Shown: positions 1-12,400 of the stretch, piece after piece
Layout: each line of letters opens with the position of its first letter
Position numbering within the stretch: the stretch's first letter is position 1
Virus record (IMG/VR): IMGVR_UViG_3300020048_000107
DNA length: 20,000 bases
Strand: one strand, 5' to 3'
DNA from: an uncultured virus (IMG/VR IMGVR_UViG_3300020048_000107)
Lineage: Duplodnaviria > Heunggongvirae > Uroviricota > Caudoviricetes
Position numbers and translations under genes: made by a program
Notes under the pieces: model-generated
The model's input: only the letters and a program-made list of their open reading frames with translations
Told to the model about the DNA's origin: nothing
The model's database searches: none

Positions 1-3000
1 TTATTCTCCAGTTCAAGAAACCAGGATAAAGCTAATATAGTAATTGATTATTTCAAACCAAAAGAAGGAGAAACGCCAACCCCTTTTGAGAGTTTTATAT
101 AGGCGTTGACAGAAAAGGGTACTCCAAAAAGAACAATTAACAATTATGTTCAAGGGTACGAATACTTTAAAACTATTGCTGATAAAGCTCCTGTGGAAAA
201 TACTTCACAGGAGTCAGCTAGTGATATTAGTACAGATCTAATTTTAGAAAGTAAACAAACATTTATAGATGATGTATTTACATTCGCTTCAAAACATGAA
301 GGATTAAGTAAGTTATTTAAAGACAAAGACCACATATATCAAAAATATAGTTGGTTTATGTCAAAGTTCTTGATATCCCACATGTTTTATAATAACACGC
401 AGACAAAACAAATTAGTAATAGTCAAGAATTAAAAATACATTTAGTTGGACTTATTAACTTTTATGCATCTGTTTTGGATCCAGCCAGATTCACAACTAA
501 CGATTCGTTAGGAAAAGATGATCCTCGTAAACCGTTCTTAAAAATAACTTATGATTTTACAAAGAACATTACGATTACATCTAATAAAAGCGATTGGTAT
601 TATTTAAATCATTTGTAGAATGAGACATTGAAAAATGCTAACTTCAACACATTAAAAGATTTAAAGTATGTACCAAAATCAAAAATGGATCCTAATATTA
701 AGAAGTTGGTTGTAGCAGTATCTTATGCTAATTTTAACACAGTTCTACAAGAATACTTACCCGGGGTAATTACTGTCAATAGTAGTTTACCTGGTTTTGA
801 TTTTGTTAACATTAACAATGATAACTTATACGTTTTAAACGGTAGTAGTTAGGGTAAGGGTTGGCAGACGGAAGGTAAGGTGTTTGATAGCAATTCTAAT
901 TTAGCTAAATTGTTATTAAATTCATTTGAAACTGTAACAGCATATAAAGATAAAAATGGGAATTTTGCTTTAAACTTTGATAATAATCCCAACTTTTCTG
1001 TAGCTATATATTATTATGTTAGTTAGTTTTTATCCAAACACATTAACAAACAAAACTATGCTAATGAATTTAATAATTTATTAACTGCATTAATGTAGTT
1101 CAATGTGCCTTATAATAACGATAGTTTATTAAGACATTTAACTAACACTAGACCAGAGACTGTAGGTAGATTCACTTATGATTATATAGATGGTAATGTA
1201 GAATTAAAGGAGATCTTTAAAGATACTACTTTATATTCTGTTGTTGCCACTTTATATTATAACATGGCTACTATAGATGGAGATCCGGTTTTGAATCAAT
1301 TAAATTTCGATAAATATATATCTGAAGCAGCTTAGAATAAAATATCATTAGCTAAAATCTATAAGAAACACGTAGACAGTAGTATGTCTAGTATTCATGA
1401 TTTGATTTTTGCTACATTACAAGGTACTACCGAGAGGTTGTATCACGATTTAACTTATGATTTTGACAAAAGAATTTTCTCAAGTAAATCTTTAGCGTAG
1501 ACTGTAGTAAACAAATCTATATTTGAAGTACAGAAAATGCATAGAAATTTAATTAGTCTTAGTGATGAGAGAAGAGATTCTTTATTTCCAGAAAAAGCAG
1601 TTGTTCCTGGAGAATCTTTGAGTATACTTGTTAATGGAGCACCGGTTGAAATTACTGTTGCTAACAAACGTTGGGTTTTACCTTACGATAGTAGAGCTAT
1701 AAAACAAATTTATGAAATCTTCTATCAATTAACAAATTTTGATTTAACTCAAGATTTCATGTTAAGAGAAAATCCAGCTTTCAATCTACAAAACATAGTT
1801 TCAGTCATTTATGGTATGCTTGCTATCAATGATGATCCCGATGCTAAGTAGAGATATAGAGAAGAAAATAAAGCGTTAGGTGAAGAAATTTGGAGTAAGT
1901 ATAGTCCAACAAACAATGTAAATAGTATCTTATATCAAATGGGTGCTTAGTATGGTAAGTTGACTGGAGTAATGTCCAAAATGACCATTCTTAATAAAGA
2001 CGGAAAACAATTACCTACTTTTGGTATGCGTAATATATCTAGTAGTTATGATGCTTATTTGTTAGAGGCTTAGGAACAACCATTATTAAAAGGTAATATC
2101 TTTACTAAAAATCCAAAGTTATATGTTGGTAGTTCTATTAAAAATCAAATAGTAAAAGACGGTAATATCGTTAACGTTAGAGAATCTAATGATAAGGATG
2201 CTGCCATCTTCGATATTTATTTTGAATGGTTACAAAAACACTTCTACAATGAAAAATTAGTTGAAGGTAACAACTCTATTGGGGATGGTACATTTAATAT
2301 TCAACCACTTGTACCGGCTGATAAAGTAAATCAAAACGTAATTAAAATCAACACTGGTGTTAATATAAAATACGATTCTTTTAAAGTTGATCAATTCACC
2401 ACTAATTTAACAAAAACATTATCGAGTGATCTTCTCAATTCCTTACCTACAGATTATCGTGGCGCAACAAGCGAATTGAAAGAAGCTTAGTTCTTTTCTT
2501 TAGGTGCTCAACATAAAGCACGTAGAGATAAAATATTAACAGCCTATAACAACATCTTATTAGCTAACAATCTACCAATGGTAGATAGTCTTAAAGAATA
2601 GTTTGAAGTTACAAAAAATATCATCACTGCTAAAGGCACAACTTTAGAAAACGAATTGTTTGTTAACAATCCTGGTGAAAATTTAACAACAGAATTATAT
2701 TTTTCTACGGTATATAATCCAGATGGCTCAAAAGGTTATGCTCTGAACGATACATAGTTGTTCTTTTTTGATTTGTTTGATGTTGAATCTTCTGTAGCTC
2801 ACGTACCTAACATGGATAAGTTTAGTAAGTATCATAATTTGGGTGTGTTTGAGTTTTTATACAAAATGAAAAAACACAACATTGATGCTTCTAGTCCGGA
2901 AATAGGATTGTTTCCAAAATCCACTTTCAAAATAGAAAACTTAAGTAAACCTACTAATCGTGTTGAATCTATATTGTAGGATTTAAATTCTATTTTAGGT

Positions 3001-6000
3001 AAAGACGAGGTATTTGAAAGTTTGTATGCTGAATTGACAGAAGCTATTTAGAATGACGATGTTGATTTCTTATATAGTGATGGTTTACAACAAAGAATAA
3101 ATGATGTTTTATAGAAATCAAGTAAAATCTATCAACAATATTACTGGGAAAATTATTTGTTTGGACAAAATTATGAAATGAGTGTTAATGGTCCAATCTA
3201 TTTACACCCATAGAAAGATTTACCAACGCAAAAAACTCATTATAGTGAGATTTTATCTAGGTTAGCTGTATCACAAAAACGAAATGTTGACTACTCTGCC
3301 ACCGTTATACCATACAACTATGGTTTAAATGGTCCGGCCAGGGTTAGACAAGTCTATGTCTATAAAGATCTAAAACGAAAAGTATCTAACCCAATGGGGG
3401 AAGTAGCTTCTGTAGATACTCATGACGGTGGAGAACTTATATTAATGTTACATAGAATATTAGAGAATAATAGTATGTAGGGTTATTAGAATCCTATATT
3501 TCACAAACCAATTATACATGGTAGAATGTTGAATTAGAATGGAGATTTTGAAGATTCTATGTTGTTTAAATACGCTTCATATTAGTTAACTAGTTAGAAA
3601 TTAAGGTCTAGCAGAAAGTTACGAAATATGGTTCAATACGCTTTGTCTGAACCACTTTAGTTTAGCGATTTAAAAGAATCTGTGTGGGATTTCACAAGAG
3701 CCTACAATGGTAAAAGTAATTCTATAGAGTACGGTAAGTATCAAATTGCTGTAAAAACAGGACTTGGAAACAGGTATAAAGTGTTGTTAAATCTTGCTAA
3801 GATAGGTGATAACGATTATTCAGCTACTTGGGAAGACCAAGATGGTAAAATAACTACCGATAACAACATAGAACTGAATTCGCTTTACGATTTATACAAA
3901 TTATTAGGTGCAGAACGCACTGTAAAAATAAACAAATAGAAAGAAATAATAGAGTATAATGAGAACGCTTGGATAGCTTTATAGGATGTATGTTGTAAAG
4001 TGGGATTTGAATTAACAGAAGACGTATTAAACAGTTCGATAGGTTTAGAATATGCAAGATTATCAGGAGTATCTTTACAGAACTTAAAGAATAATCTGAA
4101 TAATAACATTAAAAATCAACAAAATATAATACAACCTTTAAAGTTTTCTTATGTAAGTCAATTTACACCAGAAACATGTATTAAATATGGTTCTGTAATA
4201 GGTAATGCTAATAATGATTTTACTGTTAAGGTTAACCCGGAAGAAGACGATTAGACCTAGACCACGAGAACATTACAAGAATGGAAAGGTTCACACAGAA
4301 TAATGCGTGTTTATGACATGCTTGGTGGTGTTCAGCAAGATGCCGAACACGAAGGTGATGAATAGACGGAACCAACACAAATGATAAATGGTGCTTCCCT
4401 CGACAATCAATCACCCGAATTCCTAGACTTATATAAACATATAGCTAATTATGTCATTCGTAAAATGACAAAAACATATAGTGGTAATACTTAGTTTGTT
4501 TCTTCTCCAGAAAAGATGGAATCTGACGACGATTACTTTATGACTCATATGCGTCAATTAGCTTTTATTTATGATAAGTTAGAAAAGCAAATATTAAATT
4601 CGTCTTATGATAATGGAAATACTGCCGCTGTAGTTTTAGCTTCTGCTTTAAACTTTTCAAAAGATTTTATAGCTTTAGATAGAAATACCAAAGACGATGA
4701 TCCAAACAAAATATTACGTGCAAGAGGATTAGCTAGTAAATTTACAGTTTCTTTAAGTCACCCATCAGTTTACAATATGGTAATCACCGCTCTCGCGGCC
4801 GCCAACACTAAATTGGGTATTAGAAGAATGGGTGCTGGTTCTGCTGCTGTTCAATAGCCTCACCAAGGACATATGTCTTTCTTATAGGTACCTTAGTTGG
4901 AATCTATAAATAACAATGTGTCTTAGGATGATGGTGATTTTATGCCTTCGAGTTTAGGTAAGGTATTTAATTATGACAATTACACAACAATGACAGCAGA
5001 TCAATTCTTTGAATATATGGGTGAACATCCAGAATATTAGGAATTGACCAGAGAATCTAATCGTTATTCTTTAGTTTGGGATATCAACACTGGTGTATCT
5101 CGTTGGAACTTAAATCTTTATAATCATTATGTTCTTACTACTGCTGATGGTTCAATTGAAGAACTCTACGTTAAAGACATCAATGTTTTAAAATCCTTAA
5201 AACAAAGAATTTATAACGGTGAATTCACTAACATAAAACAAGACAAACTATCAGGATTTGATTGGTCACACGATCAAGGTAGAGATTTGAAACATATTGA
5301 TTTTGAAATAACTGTTAATGTTCCCGGAGAATCAGACGCAACTATCGTTTATAATATTTATGATACTATAGCCAATGAATTCTTGCTTAAATTACAAAAG
5401 TTAGATTGGGAAAATCAAGCAGAAAGAAATCAATTAATTAAAGAATTCAATACTGTCATTAAACAGAATTCGAACGAGTTAAAAATGTTCACCCAAATCA
5501 AATCTATTTTAAATAAAAAGGAGTTTGCAAACATACTTCGTTCTTTATTAAATGTAGAATACAAACTGATGTCGGAAGGACGAAAATTAATTACCGCTGA
5601 TGATGAAGCTCTTATTTAGTTTTTGGGAAATGAGATTTCTGATTTTGGTATCATTCCTGTGGTTAAAGTAAAGAGTGTTGATTCTGAATTAATTATGATG
5701 TTGCCGTTTGCCGATAAGTTTAAAATATCTAATATGAATCACTTATCAGATATCACGGTAGACTCCATTATGAACAGATTGAACAAACAATATTATGAGG
5801 TTGAGGATTTGTTGTTAAAGGATAAGAATGGTAAAAAGTACAAAATACCTTATTTCTTTCAAGCAGATAATGGTAACATTTATTTAGCTGATGAAAATGT
5901 AGGTAGTTCTGGATTAGAAAGTGTTGATCCTTATGTTTATATAGAAGATAACAAGAAATATGTAACTGTAGGCAACAAACAAATCATTGAAATTACTAGT

Positions 6001-9000
6001 GATTTAGAAGGTAAATTAAGGATTTAGTATACTAAAAACAACGAACCAGTATTAGTTCTTTTAACAAGTAATTAGGAGATGAATCCTGTTAAGAGTGATA
6101 AAGAAGGAGAATTGATCGACAATTTTAAAACGAACATTAATGTTACATTTTGGAATGGGTTACAAAAAAACATCAATGAAATTAATTTGTCTGAGAGTAC
6201 ATTTATACAAAACAATCTTGATTCAAGTAATGGTATATCATCTTGGTTAGACGCAGAAAATATAACAGAATTCACATCAGAGGAAAAGAAAAAGCAATTA
6301 GCTAGAGAAATATATTCTGCTTATCAGATGGTATTACGTTTTGCATCAACACGTATTCCAGGACAAAGTTATCAATCATTTGCATCTACTAGAATTAGTA
6401 ATTTCTTACACGGCGAATAGAATGCTGTATACGTAAATGACTATACTATATGGTTAACTGGTGGTGACTACGATATTGATAAATTATATAATATAGGATT
6501 CAATTTAAGTAAAGGGGGTAAATTTATAGGATGGCATAGATTTTTTAATGCTTCTTCTTATGAACACTTAAAAGAATCATTAAAATTACCGGGTTAGGAC
6601 AACACAATTAAAGAGAGTACAAACGACGATGCTGTTGACTTAAACAGTCCATAGTATGAAGAAGATGGAATAACAGATCCAGATACAGGTGATGTGTTCG
6701 TTAAAACTGTTTCTGGTAAAGATCTCATTTAGATGATCTTAACTAAAAATGGTAAAATGCACAATCAAATATCTTTAAAGAAATTTAAAGCATTTGTTAA
6801 ATTATACAATTCACTTGTACAAAAAGGTTATAAAAATGCAGAATTGACAGAGTTTATTAAAGAGACTTTAAACCATAAAAACGTAACCACATTTGTTGCG
6901 GCTGATGAAGGTAAAGCTTTGCAGAATAGAATGATAACACAAATAAGAAGCAACTTATCTGATATTCGAAATGTAGTTCCTACCTATTCTCCAATTAGTG
7001 TTGGTGATAGATCTTCTGGTCCAAAGGGTTTAAAGATGAATTCTGAAAAGTATATTGGTTCACAATTGGGTCACCCAGACGTTCCATTAAAGAGGATAGC
7101 TGACGTAAGTAATCAATCCTCAGGAAAGAGTGTCGTAGGTATCATGGCCGCAGGGTTAAAACTCTACGCTACAATATCTTATGTTGTTGAAGATATGCTT
7201 TATAAAAACTAGAGTGTAGAAGAATTAGAATAGATGTTATTCAGTCACACTGCAACAATCACTGAAAATGGACAAGTGGTAATTATAAACGTTAGTAATG
7301 GTTTTGCTGGTATTAATTATGAAATAAATAAAGATTTGTATGAACTTTAGTTATCTCAAAAAGGTTTAACACCAGACCAAATTAACGAATTAATTATCGA
7401 TCATTACAAAAGGGATAGTGTGTAGTTGAATATTAGTTAGTTATTATCGGCCGCCACTGACAACGGAAAAGAAATGATCTTAGGTATCATCAATTCCGGG
7501 AAAGAAACTTAGGGTATATACACATATGCTTTAATGACCGGAATGTCTCTAGAAGATGTGGGTGCTTTAATGACAAGTAGAGAAATAGATTTTATAATTA
7601 AGAATACCAAACGAAGTATTTTGTTAAACGATCCGTTTAAGACAATGATAGATGTTGGTAATTATTTTTTAAACCCAATAGACTTAGACACTTTTGTACC
7701 ATTTGGTAGTAAGTAGACTATTTTAGCTTAGTTAGATTTGGAAAAGAAGGAAGAGAATTTAGGTTTAGTAAGTATAAAGGATATTGAAAAAGCCATGGAA
7801 TCAAAATAGTTAATCTTGAAATAGTTGGCTATAAGTAACTTAAGCGAAGAAGAACAAGAATACTTTGATGAAGAATGGTCATCTAATTACAGCACAATCA
7901 TAAATGCTTACACTTTATTACAGAATTATATTAACGCTAGGAAAGAAGTAGAAGAATTGTTATTAGAAGAAAATAGTAAAAATAGAGTATCTTTATTTTT
8001 AACTTTTTTAAATAATGCTTAGTTGTTTGCTTCAACCACACAAGTGTTGGGGGCCAATCAAAGAGTAAAACCAAACGATAGAGAATTAATAAAGTTCTAT
8101 GTTAGTATAGAAGATAGTATTAGAAATTATTTGTTTAGAGTTGGTTAGAAAACAAAAGGTGGTACTGATACTTATATACTTAACAACAATAATGATTGGT
8201 CAGAAGGTACACTGAATCCAGAATTACAAGAATTTTTGTAGACATTTAATTTATGGAAATTTATGAATTCAACACCTGAGGAAGCACAAAAGGCAATTTA
8301 GTTGTTTGATAAAGTAAAAAGTGATCTAAATCCATTATAGATTTTTTATCATGCTGAACACTTTAGAGAAATGATCAAAACTGTTTTAATGACGGATGCT
8401 ATATTGAAAAAACAATCTCTTGTTTATAGGTCGGTTGCAAAATTTCAAGAGCAAACGTTGTTGAACCACATGAAGAAAAAAGAAAAGACAGCAGTATTAT
8501 TTAAGAATTAGACTACTGTAGATGTACAAAAGAAAGTAGTTTTAGAAAGGAACCTTGGTCCAGAAGCATTCACTGTATTAAAAAACATAATGGATGATAA
8601 ATTTATTGTAGAAAGTCTACACTTATTACAAGGTAGATTAAATGCCGAAAAGAAAACAATCTACATAATGTCAGAAGAAGGAGTTCCCAAATAGGTAAAC
8701 CTGTAGTTACTAAGTGAGGAAAATAATATATTAGGTAGAAAGGAATTTATTAAATTTATGGAAGAAACATTTATACCAAGATTAAAGTTGGGAAAAATAA
8801 ATGATGGTCCCAAAGAAACAGTGAATCCAAACATACGTAATAATGCTTTCATCACGAGTTTACAGATTAAAGATTTTGTTGTACGTAATAAAAGGGGAGA
8901 AAGATTCTTAGCTTATGGTGTGGCAAACTTCAAATCTAGTGATAACTTGTAGGTTAAATTAAATCAGAACGAGCTTATGATAGCTCTGTATGATTTGGAT

Positions 9001-9432
9001 AATCTAGATGATTCCGAATATAGACCAACACCAAATAGTAATGGTACTTCTGTTATCGATATGTTATTCTTATATAATATAATATTACATAGAGGTAAGG
9101 ATGGAGAATATACATTAAGTAGTTTCTTCGATCCAACTAAATTACCAAGTTCTATAGTTAGTAAATTTTATATGTAGGAAAATTAGGTTAATAATACTAT
9201 CACCGACGTTTTAAAAGTATCTGAATAGGATTTAATAGCTAATGGTTTTGATAATGAATTATTACCGAAATTAGAATTGATGTAGAGTAGTAGATTTTCA
9301 CCGGATTATCGTTATATTAATATGGGAGAAACTACTACAGAAGAACAAAAAAGAAAAAGTTTGGATCAAAAATTAAAAACATTATTTGAATCCGGATTTA
9401 TGGGTCTAAATATAAAATTCGATTGTATATGA
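1..9432 (+). CDS. Giant virion-type DNA-dependent RNA polymerase (two-barrel, crAss-like single chain), 5'-truncated by the window edge, >3143 aa with TAG read through
   Basis: All + strand track ORFs from 106 to 9177 lie in frame +1 and end at TAG. The gaps I translated contain no TAA/TGA until TGA at 9430-9432. Catalytic loop WLTGGDYDIDK (6451-6483, DxDxD) is preceded by RIPGQSYQS (6352-6378). Other motifs I recall from crAss-like RNAPs: SQKRN (3271), DTHDGG (3415), QQDAEH..TEPTQ (~4333-4380), SAATDNGKE (7447). Confidence 0.92.
6460..6483 (+). other. RNAP catalytic Mg-binding loop GGDYDIDK
   Basis: ggt ggt gac tac gat att gat aaa. It matches the DFDID/DYDID variant of the NADFDGD motif known from phi14:2 gp66 and crAss-like RNAPs. 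It lies in a TAG-bounded gap missing from the ORF track. Confidence 0.92.
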
Positions 9433-12400
9433 TATGTACAGCTTATATGAGTTCAAATGGGTGGGGTAATCAAATTACCCCACTTTTTCAGATTGAAGTA
9501 ACAATTGATGGTGACGAGTCTTTAGTTAATGAAATTAAAGACATGTTGACATCAGATATTCCTTATACTGATTAGATGGATCAACTCGAAAAAACATTCA
9601 ATCCTAATACGGATGTGAATGGAAATATCGTGTTGACTAAGGATGGCGCTACGGTGACATTAACCATCAACAAAACTAATTTGTTAGATGGATTAACTGT
9701 ACAAAATCTATTAGATAAAATAAATATGCCAAATTTAAACTTAGATAAAGACACCAATGTTGCTATCTTATTAAAAGAAGACTATCACACACTATATCCA
9801 AATTTATATAGTAATGCTGTTTATGATGCTGAAAACAAAGCTATAGTGGTTGGTGTAACAAGTATTTTTGATATAGATGCTTTAAAAAAATATATAAAAG
9901 ACCCGGGTGCAAAAGGTGATGAAATGTTAGATAATTATTTAAAAGTTATCAAACATGAATTAGCGCACCACAATATAGAGACTAAAGAAGAGTTCTAGAA
10001 TTACAGAAACATTTAGGCTAATGCAGAGAATTATACAAGTCAATAGTTACATATTGCAGCATAGATTTAGAATACACCTTACGCGGACTTAAAATTACAC
10101 TTACAAGGAACTACTAACTATCCAAAATTCTATACTGAATTGTTTGCTTGGTAGGAAGCTGATAAAGATTTCAAATCTTTATTGGAAAATAACAAACATT
10201 ATCAAGATGTTTTGTCCCAATTACCTGAGCAAAAAGAAACTCCAACTCGTCCTGAAACAACTGAATTCTTTAATGAGACTGAATTGAATAAGGCTAATAT
10301 GGGTGTTATCCCTGAAAAGATTGGTAATTTAGGGGTAGGTGATTTAAAAGCTTATAAAGAATATCTAGATATTGCTTATGGGGAATACATTCCTGTAGAC
10401 GACAGAAGTAATAATTATACTGCACAAATTCATAGTTTTCAACCAGGAGAATTAGTTTATATACAATGGACAATTAAAGGTGATGAAAAAAGACCATCTG
10501 CAAACTTCATTAAAAAGACTGAACGTTCTGGAAATGACATTGTATTAACAGTTTCTGGTAGACAATATGATGCAAAATAGGTTTATGATAAAACTGGTAA
10601 AACAGACAATAGACCTTGGAAAGACAAGATAGTTATTATAAAAGCTGATGGTACAATCGAAAGTGAAAAACTTAGAGATAAAGAATCAGATTATAAAGCT
10701 AGAATTGTAGCATTTAGAAAGTTTGCTGGTAAGCCGGTTGGATTTACCAACGATGGTATCGATAGAAACATAACTAGTAAAGAAAAAAACTTGATCAATT
10801 CCAATACAAACAATTGGTTCTTCGCTAATGAAAATGCAAAGAAGGTCGGTAAGTATATGGAAAAAGAACAAGTTACTAAAGTTAAAGCAGAAGAATAGTT
10901 GTTAGCTAAAGGAGAACTAAAGAAAATAGACGGAAAGTATCCTAAATTCTTAAGTTCCATATTTGGTTAGAGACACGACGAAAAAGACGATATTGGTTTC
11001 TATTTTAAAATTGACGATTCCAGTAGCAAAACAGAAGTCGGAAATAATGTTATTAGTGTTGGGGATAGATTGGTTACTAAAGCTCAAAATAACGAAGCAT
11101 TAAATGATGCCTCATACAACTTAATAAAGGTTGGTGACATTGTTACATACAAAGAGTGGTCCGACAATAAAAGTAAATTCTATGATGTAGTTGTATTAAA
11201 AACATTTAAAGAAGGTTTATTAGTACAAGACATCACTAATGGAGAACCATCAGGAGAACCGCACACCATAAGAAGAAAAGATTTGTTTGCTGTATATAGT
11301 TTCTTCAATAAAGATTCTGATAGAGAGTCCGGTGTTGTTACTATTTTAAAAGATTTCAAAGAAATTTCGGATGAGTTATATGCTAACAGACCTACAGCAA
11401 AAGAAAGTGCTAAAAAAACAATATTCACATTAAAAGAATTATCTGATCCAAAAATCTATAGTTATGACTCTTATAGTTTTAGAAGTTATACTAAAGATAA
11501 AGACGATCAATACGCATTAAGTAGAGAAGGTTCTTTTTTCCATCCTAGTGATGAAACTGTAACTTACATTTATGGAGATCAGAATTTTCCAAGTGAGGAA
11601 TATCAAAAGTTTGAAAAAGAACTTTCTAAAGTATCTTCAAAAGTATATAGTGTTTTAAAAGAGAAAGTTAAAAACAACACAAAGGTTAATGTTTACAGTA
11701 GAGATTTAGAAGATTTAAATTCAGACGGGAGTTATAGAAAAGATAGTTTTGGTAATGAGTTAAAAATTGGTCCAATCATAGCAGATTTACTATCTGGTAG
11801 AGGTGATCTAAAAAAATTACAACATTATTTGGAAATGTAGACAGTTAAAAAACATAGACGTGATAAATTGTCTTTGTTAAAATCTGGATCTTATGTTTTA
11901 TTAAATAAAAGGAAAAAAGAAAAAGGAACATTTGCTAAGCTAAAAGAAAGACAACCTGTATATGGTGTTGTTCTTGCAAGGTCTAAAGACTTCTTAACTG
12001 TTGCTATACCAAACTTACAATGGAATGAAACGTTAGAAAAATACAACGACTTCGAAGATTTCAAAATCATACAAGTTAATGTAATGGATTTTCGTGAGGA
12101 TAAAGAGTATGATGTGTCTAAAGTTTTTAACAATATGAATTTCGAAAGATCCCTCATTAACACATTGTCGACTTTAAAATAGCTTATTTCTCAAACACAT
12201 GCTTCTAGCGCTAAAGTAAATAAAGAGAATGCTGAATAGTAGGTTAAAGAAATGCTCGCACGTTTAGAAACTGAAGTATAGTTGGTAAGAGACGAGAGTA
12301 AAAAAGACGAACAAATTGTAGCAAATAGAATAAGCGATTTCTACACAATGGTAAGTTTTTATACTAACTTCGATTATATTATAGCAGAAGAGAAAGAACA

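Noticed and set aside
1..9432. Intein, group I intron or homing endonuclease in the RNAP gene (common in some crAss-like clades)
   Set aside because: I saw no frame break, LAGLIDADG/HNH motif or clear intein termini. A divergent insertion cannot be excluded without alignment.
150..12163. Short minus-strand ORFs in the track (e.g. 150-335, 1455-1667, 3854-4109, 4232-4414, 10686-10960, 11180-11428, 11891-12163)
   Set aside because: They are antisense shadows of the giant + strand genes, with no recognisable motifs.
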